This document shows, one piece after another, positions 36,690-48,420 of a stretch of DNA of 64,000 nt (within the stretch, counting starts at the first letter, position 1; each line of letters starts with the position of its first letter). Below the pieces are notes generated by a model, which saw only the letters and a list, made by a program, of their open reading frames with translations, was not told where the DNA came from and did not search any database. The translations under genes and the position numbers were made by a program. The stretch lies in assembly GCA_024137785.1 (NCBI GenBank), contig JAHRHZ010000110.1:558001-622000 (forward strand). Direction: 5' to 3'. This DNA is from Ginglymostoma cirratum (taxonomy: Eukaryota).

Positions 36690-38684
36690 TCCATCATGCC
36701 ACGGGCCCAATACACAGAGCCCTCCACTACATCTTGTCAATTCAGGATGTCAACAGGGAGCAAAGGAGAAATGTGATTCTCGAGGCGAACATCAGCAAAG
36801 GTTATCGCCGTCACAGCTTCACTTCAATGAGCCCCGCTTTGTGAAGCTATGAATTTCATTGGCAAAAGAAGCACATTTGTCCTCAGATGCCTGCTTCGCT
36901 GACGCCTGTTTCTCTGTTGGAACTTGCCATCGTTTTATTCACAGTCACTGCGCTCGTTTATGACCCAATCCAGTGAAACGTACTTTCGTGCTTTGAATCA
37001 TGGTCTCTGCGAGCCAAGACTGTGAACAAATTCAGTGAGAAGCCTTTGTTCCTTTCTAGCCACAGCTCTGGAATCAGGTGAGTTGAATGATGCCTTTAAT
37101 CGGGTCGCCCCTTCACTGCAGCTCAGCGCCTCAAAACAACCTCCTGTATGCATCAGCCTGTTTGTACCTTGTTGCAATACATCTACTGAACAACTTCAGA
37201 TTGTCACAGCTCCGCTTTCTTCACATTGAAACTCAGGGTGATAATACAAACTGTTTCGAAGCTTAGATAGAGAAACTTTTCTGGTGAAGTTGGTTCTGAT
37301 GTGAAGAATGTACCAAGAACATGTACAAGTTGGGTCGCAAATGTTACTGTCAATACATCTCATGTTCCAATAGTAAGTATTCAGAGCTTGCATCGCCCAG
37401 CCCTGGATGCAGTTCTTTCAGGAAATAAAAGTATCTTCCTCTTGTGTGAATTATCCAACTAAAAATGATTTCCTGGTCACACACAGAATACACTCTGAAT
37501 CGGCCAGAATCAGTCCTTTGCGAGTTTGCTTCTATCTAGAAAGACAATGACAGCAGATACATGAGAAAACTACCATCCACATTGCCGCCTCTAAACATCT
37601 CATCATTCTCAGTTAGAAACATAACACTGTTCCCTCAGTGTCGCTGGGTCTCAATCCTGGACTCCCCAGACAACTGGCATAATGGCTGTCCTTACGTGCC
37701 ATGAATTACAGGAAAGTGACTCATCACCTCCACCCATGGAGTAATTAGAGACGGAGAATGAAATTTCAAATTAAGATTATGATTTGACAAGGAGAACCTT
37801 TGTTAGTTTCACATTTCCAGAATAAGGTCTGGGACATTAATTGTGGAGACACGGAAACAGTCTGATCCCACCCACTACAGAGACATCCGTGTCACTAGGA
37901 ACAGGCTCCCTTGCAGCCGGTGCCACCTCCCTTCGGGTCTTTCTGCTTTTTGTCTGTTCCCAAGTATCTGATTGTGCCAGATCCTAAATTTTTACATTGA
38001 TTTCTGGTTATTTCAATATCTCAAATCAAGTAATGGCATCGAGAACATTAGAGTCAATATCCCAGTGTCTTTAAGAAGAGAAAGGTGCTTTGCCCAGCTT
38101 TGCAAAATCAGACATTTCACCCTTCACTCTCCCCTGAGTCTGTTTTACAAAGTGTTTTGAAAGATTTACGAAGCTGGAAACAGGGTTAACTGTTTTATTT
38201 TCTTATTTTTTTATTGTCCAGCTACCAACTGACAAATTTGGTGCTGTTTATAATGTTGGAGGTGGGTAGCGGTGGGTTTGGGCAGTTTGATTAAGTTGAC
38301 AACGGGAAATTCTTTCCACTGACCAGGGTCAGTAAACTGTGTACTTGCATTTAAGGACAGTTAAAGGAGACATGCTTGTATTTGTATAGAGCTTATCATC
38401 GCCAATGGGGAAGCCAGTTTACCATGAGCAGACATCGTTTAAAACTTGATTCATTTTCCTCCAAATGTGATATAAAGTCAAAAGTCACACGACACCAGGA
38501 TATAGACCAACAGGTTTATCGAAAATCACAAGCTGTCAGAGTACGTCTCCATCATCAGGTGAACTCGATACATGTGATATATTCACAGCAAAGACCCTTT
38601 CGGATCATAGACCCAAATCAATTTCATAATGAAACACCCCCATGCTCTCCCAAAGAGAAAAAAAAATCACCTCAAAGGCAACAA

Positions 38685-38769
38685 AGCCTCATACAGGATT
38701 CTAACCTGCTACTTCTCACACTTACGGCATCCGACTGAAATGAGAATCAGACCACGAGACCAACGACCT
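38685..38769 (-). pseudogene. tRNA-Pro (CGG-derived) relic with a 13-nt insertion at the intron position
   Basis: 36-nt exon AGGTCGTTGGTCTCGTGGTCTGATTCTCATTTCAGT | CGGATGCCGTAAG (38721-38733) | 36-nt exon TGTGAGAAGTAGCAGGTTAGAATCCTGTATGAGGCT. Confidence 0.7.
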
Positions 38770-39998
38770 AGTCTGCTGAAGACCCCCTTAACAATAAATC
38801 AGATGCTTCTAAGGCAGTGATATCGTCCCTACATCAGATGTAGGACACCAGTATTCAAGTTCCAGCTGCTGCAGAAGTGTGTAATGACATATCTGAACAT
38901 GTTGATTGGACAATTATTCCCCGTTGCTTCAGGCAGTGAAAGCAGCAAAGAACATCTTCTTCTCGTTATGTCTCCCTGTTCCTGGGATTGTGCTATTTGT
39001 CCCTTTCGCTGGGAGAGGGTTCTGTCCATTGGCAGACGCACTAAATCATTTCCCTACATGAGCAGGCAGTGCTGGGAGATGGTATATGATACGCAGCTCC
39101 CGCTCAAGCATTGGAAAATGGAAGCAGCATAAACGGTGGAAACAGGCTTGTGCAGCAAATTGTAAATGGCAATTTGGAACTTTCGTCAAATGACTTTTAT
39201 CAGAGACAGACAGAAGATTGGAAAGCTGCTGAGAAAGACAGAAGACGAAACTGGAGATTCGTCCCTTCAGCAACTTAAAATGGGATTTTTCTGTGCAGCC
39301 TTTTTCGCATTCAGAATTTGTCTGCACACAGAAACACTGCAAATAAAACGTTGGCAACTGTGGTGTATGTTCGTTTGCTGCATCCAGAGCAGGAGTTAAT
39401 ATCTGACACGAACAGTCCCTGATTAATTGAATACGAGTGAAATGCTCACGCACTGAGAGTCATCCCCAACGGCCCTGAGTTGCGGGGCTGCAGACAGTAA
39501 CACGCGGAAGGGCGGGTTAAAAATCAGCCATTGTTTCTCCCTCTCCCGCTTTGTCACAGAGACAGGGAGAGTGATGTCATAAACCCGTGGCGTCATTCCC
39601 GTGCAGAAAGAAGCCGTTCAGCCCTTCGGGTCCACTGTGACTGTCTGTCTCTGAGGTAATTCACAATCGGTGATATCTGTCCTCATAATGGTGAACTGTG
39701 TCTGTGTCATGATGCTGTCTCCAACATGGTGATCCTCTTGTTAATCACGTCTGCAGCAGTATGTGCAACTACTGCAGGTCTGACAATAAAAAAAAAAACT
39801 AGAAGTAATGTGTTTCAGCTTCTCAGGTTTAATCCCAATTTAGAGAAGACCAATGGTGAACATGAGTAAAGTATTGAGACCTCGCCAAGGGTGTCACCTC
39901 ACCTGCCTGTCAGTTTGAATTATTTATTTCAGACACGTGACGCAGAAAGCTGATTATCATGGAAATTGCAGAAAGAAATATGACATGCCGGTAACGAA

Positions 39999-40070
39999 TA
40001 GGAGAGGACAGCCTCGATATATCAAGCTTTGGACTAAGAATCCACCACGCTTTTGCTGCGCCACACTGCT
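39999..40070 (-). pseudogene. Initiator tRNA-Met pseudogene
   Basis: Reverse complement AGCAGTGTGGCGCAGCAAAAGCGTGGTGG...ATCGA..TCCTCTCCTA, 72 nt, with the iMet-specific ATCG T-loop. Confidence 0.75.
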
Positions 40071-40949
40071 TGGTTGGTTTTCGCATTTTCTAGGTTTTAA
40101 ATTTGACTTGTGGCATGTACCTTCAAGAATGAATGCAAAAACCTTCATTGCTGTTGTGTAATGCTCTGTTGCACACGTGTGTCTCACCTGTGTAAACCTT
40201 TGTCTAATTTCCCACGTTTTGTTTGTTCCACATTCTAATTTCATTAAGAATCACAACATTTGTCACGACGCAGATGGAGGCCATGCAGTCCAATTTCGAT
40301 GTGCCACTCTCCGCAATGAGTAAATGGGAGTCTATTGCAATATAATTCTATTGCCTTCTCCATGTAACTCTACCCATTGTTACTTGTGACATAACCATCA
40401 AATTCCCTTGTGTATTGATTGAATCTGCGTCCTTAGTACTGTTAGACTGACCCTACCACCCTCTGTTCAAAACTTGAAACTGGCCAGCTTTCTGTTCTCC
40501 AAGGAGAGCTTTCCCAAATTTCTGATCCATCTTCATTGCTGACATTCCTCATACATGGCATCATTCACCTGAATCTGTGAAACACTGTCTTCGGTCACTT
40601 CACATCCCCGCTTCCAGAATTTTCACGCCCAGAAGTGAGCAATAATGCAGCTGGACCACACATTCCGAGTCAGATTGGTTGGGCGAACATCCTGAAGCAC
40701 TTGCTTTCGCTTTGAACATGTGGTTCTTTTGGCCGTAGTCACTACAATCCTACCTCTACCCCATCCCCACTTCAGACAACCCAACCTCATTTAACGAAAC
40801 TGTTTTATCGGAAAGCTCTAGCAGGAAGCCTGGGTTCGTCCTCTAGTTGAACCCAGGTCTTCTCGTTTGTTATTACTTTACCCTTCCTTAGGCGAGAATC
40901 AATACCCCTAGTCCAATGAGCCTCACACAGTTGAGGCAAAGGTGAGCAC

Positions 40950-41265
40950 GATGGATTCGTGGTACTTTTGTTGGCCTTCTCATCCAAAGATCCGTTCTGG
41001 GGACCCGGGTTCGAAACCATGGCAGATCGTTGGAATGTGAATACAATACATTTCGATAATTAAGAATGATGATCCTGAATTGATTGTTAGGAGGAAAATC
41101 TCATCTGATTCACTAATGCCCTTTCGGGAAGGAAAATGCCCTCCTTACGTGGTCTGGTCTACCTAAGACTTCAGATCGACAGGTAATGTGATTGGCCATG
41201 TGTCTGAGCAACTGGGAATGGGCAATAAATGCTGGCCTAGCCAGTGACGCTCTCATCCCGTGAAT
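40950..41265 (+). mobile_element. tRNA-derived shark SINE
   Basis: B-box GGGTTCGAA, internal TTCACTAATGCCCTTTCGGGAAGGAAA, tail GGGCAATAAATGCTGGCCTAGCCAG..CATCCCGTGAATG. Confidence 0.65.
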
Positions 41266-42689
41266 GCTTTTCCTATGAACGAATTAAAAAATAAATATTC
41301 GCCGCAGAGACCCTGAGGGATCTCAGGCTGAACTCGATCTCATCAAAATTCGGCCACCTTATTGAAGGATAGAGCGAGATACTGAACACCGCAGTTCACC
41401 AGTAATTCGAATGTGAGAGCTGTTCCTATTTCCTCCATACATACTGAACAGGAATTATACCCCGAGACCAATGAACCAGCAACAGCTCAGAGCCGTTAAC
41501 ACTGAAGTAGCACTGAGTTTTAATAACAGCTTGTTTCCATTCTGAACTCCTGCTCCCAGGAGGCTCTGTGAGTTCCCTCTCCTGGGACCAGGCTCTCTCC
41601 ATTGGTGGCTGGAGCAAACCATCTTCCACTGGCACGCCGTACTGGAAGAGAAGAGAATGAAGGCGTTCTTTAGCTCCCTTTCAAACACGGGCTTGTAGGA
41701 CAGGGGAGGGGGTTGTGGGATTAGGAGATTTGGAAAGCGTGAAAGACTGTGCAAAAGGGAGATTGTACATGAATAGAAACTAACAGAATGCTTGGAACCT
41801 TGTACAAATTACTGCATCAGAGACAGCGCGAAATATGCAGAGGTGCTGGGAAAGAGAATCTCTCCCAACAATGGGAATCTGTGTCTGTATCCTTCTCGAT
41901 GTTACAGGAAGGGCGTAGCTGTCTGATTCAGCTTGGGGTGTGACTGAAGGGAGTCCTTTCTCTCAGACACATTGCAACCGTTGTGTATAAAATGCAGCAC
42001 ATTGTTCCCAGTTCAGAGAATAGATTTTACTCTTCAAATAATCCCAGGGTGACACAGAACGGGGTTTGGCAATTCAGGCCATCATCTTGACAGCTCCTGG
42101 AGAGAAGTGGGATGTGTGAGAGCGGACAGTCTCAACTAGTGCATGGTTTCATCATTTACAAACTTGCCCTGTATAACAATAAAATCAATTTGAGAGATCG
42201 ATTCAGTTACAAATAACAGGAAACTGTTGAGACAGTTTATCGTGTATCTGTAAACTTCAAGCCTGCCTCGCCATTCATTGAGATCATAAATGACCTTTTA
42301 CTTTAGCATAATTTTTCTGCACTATCCCCAGACATCTTGATGATTTTAATCTGTAGCAATCTATGAATCACAATATTTTACAGACTCAGTTGGAGCCTTC
42401 ATAACTTCTGGAGCCACGAATTGCAAACATTCTCCCCATTCCGAGTTCCCAAATATCAATCAGCTGTTTGCGAAGTATGCCTATTGTGTGTCTGGAGCTC
42501 TCTCGTGCTACTTGTTTTCTGCTTTTTGAATAGTCTATTGAGTAGCTCCGTGTTCATATAGTTGTTAGGATTTTGCATTGTGATCACAGTAACCTCTGTA
42601 ATCACTGTTGTTCCTTTTTTCCCCTCTTAGCATGTGTTAACAGAATGCAGTAAGGGATCAATTAATTAACTGTTTGTTGGTACATAGAA

Positions 42690-42925
42690 TTGGACCCCAT
42701 ATACACAACCAGACAGATCAAAGCCGGCAATGACATTACTCACCATGACGGTCCGAACAGTATAAATTCCAAGTGGATAGAAGAACATTGCTTCATCGGA
42801 GGCTCCACTGATGATGTCACCTAGCATGGTGATGGAACGTGTGAACAGAAACAAGCCAGTTTGGCGAGCAAGTCAACAACCACATCCACAATCCGAGCTA
42901 CATATCTTTGACAAAACTTTAAACA
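42690..42925 (+). mobile_element. Second PLE-like terminal fragment with a hammerhead-like core (inverted relative at 60420-60690)
   Basis: CTGATGA-T-GTCACC-TAGCAT-GGTGAT-GGAACGT at 42808-42840. Reverse-complement homology with 60420-60690. Confidence 0.6.
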
Positions 42926-43314
42926 TGAAGATGAATTAGTCGTAAGTCACGTGGTGCTGAACCATTCAATGAAATGTTATTACATCTCCATGTATTTACA
43001 TTTGTACATTACAATCTCAGACACTTCCGCGTCTGGAATCAAGTGAAGCAATCCTTGGGATTCCATATTTACATTGATGATATTCATGACGCTTTTTCTT
43101 AGTGAAATTAGATAAATATTATGTTTTGGTGGCTGAATTTACTGAACAATTTTCGGAAAGAGATGTTGGAATATGGTCAGTTGTTTCTTCCCTCTCAGAT
43201 CCTTTCACTCTCGTTATATTTGAAGGAGGATCGAAAACAAGCCCCAAATCCCCCTTCTGACATAAAGAATTAATCTCCCAGTGTCCTGCAAACTCATAGC
43301 GGTACATATGGAGA

Positions 43315-43470
43315 AAAGTAGAGGACGAGGAGAGAGAAGTTGAGACATTAAAGAAGAGAAGGGCGGAATGAAGGAGACAGAGGGACAGACAGACAGGCAG
43401 AGAGATAATGAAGAGGAGTTGAGAAAGAGAGAGCGAGAGGCAGGACTGATGGTTGAAAAGAAAAAGAGCA
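43315..43470. repeat. Degenerate (GA)n purine-rich low-complexity tract
   Basis: GAGAGA/GACAGA runs. Confidence 0.7.
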
Positions 43471-43563
43471 CTATCTTTTGACCTCCTTTGTCAACAGCAA
43501 TTTAAAAATCATTGTGGTGAGATCAACTACCTTAATCCTGTACAGTAAGCTGTCAGAATGTAT

Positions 43564-43635
43564 GAGTTTGTGGCGCAATGGTAGCGCGTTTGGCCCAAGA
43601 TAACAACGCTCCCTGTTTGAATTATGTCCCGCTTA
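43564..43635 (+). pseudogene. tRNA-Trp pseudogene
   Basis: GTGGCGCAATGGTAGCGCGT...AGAT..GCT..TGTTTGAATTATGTC, 72 nt, colinear with Trp-CCA. Confidence 0.65.
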
Positions 43636-44210
43636 CACTGCTCATATGCAGGCCAGTTTCCCTAGAATATATGTTAAACAATGTTTCACGTCTGTGGCTT
43701 GCCCATTGTTTGAGTAAATGCTCGCTTACCCTAGTGTAAGAAGTAAAACACAAGCTCTTCATCATGGGATTTAATTGCACGTTCACCTCCCTCTGGGCAG
43801 CAAATTCGGTCAGTTGGTTACGGCACGGTCTTAATGATGTTATACTGATATTTTATTACTTAGCCTAGAGGCACCAAATTTTATTTTTCAATTCATCAGG
43901 ATTTTCAAGCTCCTCCTTTGCAGCAGAGTGACAGTGAGTTCAAAAAGAGATGTCCCTCATCAACAGCAATTCCTTTCCTGTTCCTCAACAGAGTTGCAAT
44001 GATTTTTCTCCAACAAGAAGAGCTGAAACCACAGTCCCACAACCTCTCTTCACATTAACAGTGAGCCTGAATTTTACACTCTGTGTCGAGAGCAGGGAGA
44101 CAGAATGAAGATGCTCTTGAAATTCTTTGCTGAATCCCAAGAGCAACGTGGAATGTATTTCAGTCTCAGTGAGTCTTCACTGCCCGGGCTGCTAGTGACA
44201 GCACACCAGG

Positions 44211-44301
44211 GGCTCGTTGGTAACGGGGTATGACTCGCCTTTTGGCTGTAGTGCAATGCGAATAAGCAGAGAGCTCCCGGGTTCAAATCGTGGACAATCC
44301 C
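44211..44301 (+). pseudogene. tRNA-Pro(TGG) relic with 19 extra nt after the anticodon
   Basis: GGCTCGTTGG..GGGGTATGA..TTTGGC | TGTAGTGCAATGCGAATAA | ..GAGAGCTCCCGGGTTCAAATC..GGAC..CCC; 91 nt vs 72 canonical. Confidence 0.75.
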
Positions 44302-45341
44302 TGCTTACTTGTGTTCGTTTTTTGCCAATTTGCCTGATGAGCTTTCCGAAAAAAAGTCATGTTCAATTCTGTCGGACTTCCTGACTTCGGGATGGTGTAG
44401 AGGTGACATTGCAGCCAATAAGGCAAAGGGAAACACATACTGAAAGCGAAAACAAGCGTCTGAAGAAGTTTACGTACACAATCAGACATTCAATGAATAC
44501 TCCAGAAAAAAAAATTCTGGTGAAGTTGAAGCATATTAATTGCAATGTGTTCGATGGTCAGGACGCCTTGCTGCTTCAGACAGCAGCTTCCTCCCGTTGA
44601 CATGGAAATTTGTGAATTACAAGATGATCATGACAACAATAAATGAAATCAAATCAACCTAAGGATCAGCATATCAGAGACAGAATCAAAATGCAGGCAC
44701 CGTCATTACGACAGATATCATGCTCCTGAATAATGCCAGAGAGTTTCCAGAGGCTCGATGTGCTGAACGGCTTCTTTCTGCACGGGAATGCCGCCACAAG
44801 TGAGATTTTCACTCGGATTCGCTTAATCTGGGATTGTTCGTGAAAGATATTAACTCCTGGCAGGCCGCAGGAAACAAACTGACTCCTGCATTGTATTAGT
44901 CTTTTGCAGGATTGCTGTGTGAGGCCGAATCCTGAACATCAAACAGGCTGCACAGAACAAAAAAATCTCAAACCGATTTAACTGAGCGATGTCTCTTGTG
45001 TCCGTTTCTCTCTTTCCCACCAGCTCAGCATCATTCTCTATCTCGGATGAGAGACATTTGGAAGAAGTTGGCAATCAAATTTGTCAATTCCCACGCATGC
45101 ATGTAACTGACCTCCAGGTGTTTGGGAGAGAGCAGAAGGACGTATGCACGCTTCCCTCCCCCTGTACTGCTTGCAAATGGAAGAAAATGGTTTCATAATC
45201 TGCCACTGGAGAGTGCCCTGTCCCAGGGCAAGGGACAAACAACACCGCCAGACAGTATAGAGACAGAATCAAAAGAAAATGTTCTTGAATTTCTCTTCTG
45301 CTTCAAACCCGACTCCGTTGTAGAAATGCAAGTGTTTTACT

Positions 45342-45430
45342 GGTTCGTTGGTCGAGACGCATGATTCACGCTTAGGGGTTTGTATTCAACTAATATGTGA
45401 GAGGTCCAGGCTGAAACGTCGGACGAGCTC
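45342..45430 (+). pseudogene. tRNA-Pro(AGG) relic with an 18-nt insertion at the intron position
   Basis: GGTTCGTTGGTCGAGACGCATGATTCACGCTTAGGG | GTTTGTATTCAACTAATA (45378-45395) | TGTGAGAGGTCCAGGCTGAAACGTCGGACGAGCTC. Confidence 0.8.
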
Positions 45431-45599
45431 TGCTTGTTTGATATTAGATTTGCCAGATCCGACCGATCAGCCTTTCCAAAAAGGCACTGCATTTCATGAG
45501 GTCGGACGTCTTGAAATGAGACTGAGTTTCGGGATCTGAGTGAGCGTGGAACACGTGTTGAAAGTGTAAACAAATGTTTCCGAATGCTTGCCCACGCAG

Positions 45600-46170
45600 T
45601 CTGACGTTGACTGAATCCTCCATCTGGATTATCGCAAATATTTGAGGGATAGCATCAGGAAGCGGGGATACAAAGTGACTGGAGACAGCGCTGAACAGTT
45701 GGATGTGAATGGTGCTGTGTCTGAGCAATGGCAGTGATGAAGATAGATTGGAAAGATGGGACAGTTCTCCGTGGAGAACAGAAGGCAGAAAGCAGGTCTG
45801 TTTCAAGATTTACAAATCATTATGGAGCTACATAGAGTCAATAAGGAGAAAATACATGAAAGGATGACGAACGATTAGGCAGAGATTTAAAATCATTAGG
45901 AGAAGAGGTAAAAGTGACAGGCGGTAGAATATTTCCACACAAGAGACGGTTAGGGTCTGAAATCACTGTCTGAACATCTTAAAATGGCAAGTTCAATCGA
46001 GTCATTGGAAAATAAATTAAATGGTTATGCTAAAAGTATAAAAAGGAGTAGAGTTACAGGAAGAAGTCAAGAGACTGACATTAAAAGATATAACCATTTC
46101 TTCATTGTGGAGAACCGGCACAGCGAAGGTAGGCTGCATGGTTTCTGTTTGTGTTGTGTCAGATTTGTGT
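45600..46170 (+). mobile_element. Old CR1 3' fragment
   Basis: Degenerate LGQFS.E.RRQ-like segment and CR1 3' UTR motifs. Confidence 0.45.
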
Positions 46171-48205
46171 TTCTGAGTGAGATCAGTGTTCGACCAACAG
46201 AATGTGGGAAGTCAGACAAAGGTGATATTGACACAGCCTGGTCACATCTGCTCAATAGAATATTACACAACAAGTACATGTCATAGGGAGGTCGGTGTTC
46301 TCTGAATCAGATTGGGGAAATACTGTAGAGTGGCCTGTGGATCAGACATAGTGCACGTTATTATTCAGGTCATGCTCGCGTGAGAGAGCCACAGAAGTAC
46401 AACCGGTCTATCATACCTATGTGAGCTCGAGTGGGACTGGGTGTACAGAAGATGCGTGAAAGTGGAAATACGTGATAGGTTTGTGTGGGTTTGAGACGTT
46501 TATTGGAAGCACGAAGTTGGGGAAGATTTAAGGTAAAGCTGTTGCAATCTTACTGCAGGAGCAGCAAATACATTGTACAGCGCATCGGAAACCTTTCACG
46601 TATTGAACTCCATTGATGGGCAGTCGGCTTTCACTAGGCCAAACTTATAGTACATCATTGGCTTTCATCGTTGTGATGTACTGAGGTAAATATTTCGCTG
46701 TTCATCAGTGTAACACTGCAGGAAATTCATTTTCCCAAAGTGAAAGAAGTCTTTATATAACAGAGGTTATATAAAGAACTCTGTCACATAAATAATTACA
46801 CTCCACCTCAGTGCGTTGCTTGTCTCCTCAGCACTTCATCTGTCATTCTGCGTGCCGTGAGGTACTTTGTACCTTCTGCGTTTATATTTGCCCGAGCCTT
46901 ACCTTCTGCATGGTGTGACGCAGTGGAATTGTGAAACCTTAGTCAGGCTGCAAAAACATGTGCTCATTGTCAAAAGCGATGGAAAAGTGACAAAGTAATT
47001 GGAGTATTTTGAGTATTTTGAAATATCTCCTTAACTGTCTGCTGTTGATTGATATTCATACTGACTTCATACTGAAAGCATTGCCCTTATTTAGGTATTA
47101 AGTGATCATTTGTGGTCCAAACTCCCTCAAAGTAAACCTGAAGTTCAGTCACACTGTGATCACTTCTATGTAGGGGTTTCTACACTGATGTCATTGATTT
47201 CTCCTCTTTCATTTTCCTGGGTGCTTCTAGAAAGAACTGTTCTAATAAATTAATAATTTATCATGATAAGCAAGCAGCACTCTGAAAACTCGCCATTTCA
47301 AATATACCTGTTGGTCTATAACACGGTATAGTGAGACTTCTGACTTTGGCCACACAAGCCCAATATCGACACCTTCACATCATAATCAGCAGTGGGATTG
47401 CTTGAAACAGCTGGAAAAGTAAGATAAACTAACAAATTACGTGATATTAAAAAAGGGATGGAAAAGGGAGAACAAAGAATGATAGTGTTCAGACAAATTT
47501 CAATGTCATTGTATACGATTGAGGAAATATTACCATTCACAGACCGATGACAATGAGGAATGTGACTGCTGGAACAACCTTTGCTGGAATTAGATTGTAA
47601 CAATTGGATATGAATGTCTTGCTGCAAGTGTCTTGCTTTTAACGAGCAGTAAAAAATGTACTCCAGTGCAATGATGATCTCCTTACTGGAAATAAGGAAA
47701 TGCTTGTCTGCGAGGTCATATCAGGAATGTTCACTGGATTCAGTCCACAGACGACAGGGCTGTCCTCCGGGAGCATACCACTCATATCAATCAATGTGCC
47801 ATGGTGTTTGGGATAATGAGAATTGAGGAGAATGTTTCCGTTCACACATAAACCATTGGTAGAATTCAATACAGAGGAGCACGAAGTGTTGCACGAAAGG
47901 GACACCAGCATAGAAAGACGGCACGCAATAAATGGGTCAGTTTGTTTTGAAAAGTCCAGGTTTCAGAATCATTTTGACGTTTGGTGAAGGAATTTGCTGT
48001 CGTTATCCAGAAGACACTGGAAGTGACTCTCGCCCCACAGTGAGGTGGTTGAATCTCAGTTACCTTTTGAATTAGTTGAGAGTCACTCAGTCCACGGGGA
48101 TTGACATAACAAGCCATTCCCACATTTCATTAAAGTATAAAAGGAAGTGATTAGAGAGGTCTTGGTCCCCGTGAAGAGGATGTTCATGATGTGGTTAGAA
48201 AATAA

Positions 48206-48420
48206 GAGATAACCAGGTTTAGAGCTGGATGAACACAGCAAGCAAAGCATCATCAGAGGAGCAGGAAGGCTGACGAAATTCTTCAGAATTTCTGAAGAAG
48301 GTTCTAGGCCCGAAACGTCAGCCTTCCTGCTCCTGTGATGCTGCTTTGCCTGCTGTGTTCATCCGTTTCTGCACCTTGTTATCTCAGATTCTCCAGCGTC
48401 TGCAGTTCCTACTATCTCTA
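48206..48420. mobile_element. Palindromic PLE-derived mini-element with TSD
   Basis: Inverted arms centred at ~48290. Flanks GTTAGAAAATAA (48194-48205) and GTTAGATAATAA (48421-48432). Confidence 0.8.
48292..48319 (+). ncRNA. Minimal type I hammerhead ribozyme motif (PLE-type)
   Basis: CTGAAGA-A-GGTTC-TA-GGCCC-GAAA-CGTC: complete core, palindromic ACGT helix III, GUC cleavage triplet; one mismatch in helix II. Confidence 0.55.

Larger units (their letters stand above)
34933..36708 (-). pseudogene. tRNA-Arg relic (anticodon TCA) split by a CR1 insertion; halves 36690-36708 and 34933-34988
   Basis: Joined reverse complement: GGGCCCGTGGCATGATGGA + TAACGCATCTGACTTCAGATTAGACGATTGTCGGTTTAAGTCCTGCAATCGACTCG. 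Uninterrupted paralog at 63559-63631. Confidence 0.8.
37840..40260 (+). repeat. Direct duplication with ~59940-62780; partial inverted copy at ~44600-45430
   Basis: Shared CTGATCCCACCC..CAGAGACAT, TGCGGGGCTGCAGACAG, GTCATTCCCGTGC.GAA.GAAGCCGTTCAGCCC. Same Pro and iMet relics. Confidence 0.85.

Noticed and set aside
40829-40857. 9-bp hairpin CCTGGGTTC/GAACCCAGG
   Set aside because: Isolated and short; could arise by chance in 64 kb.
43799-43873. Possible Ile-AAT relic (TCAGTTGGTTA..TAAT)
   Set aside because: Only the D-arm resembles it; insufficient support.
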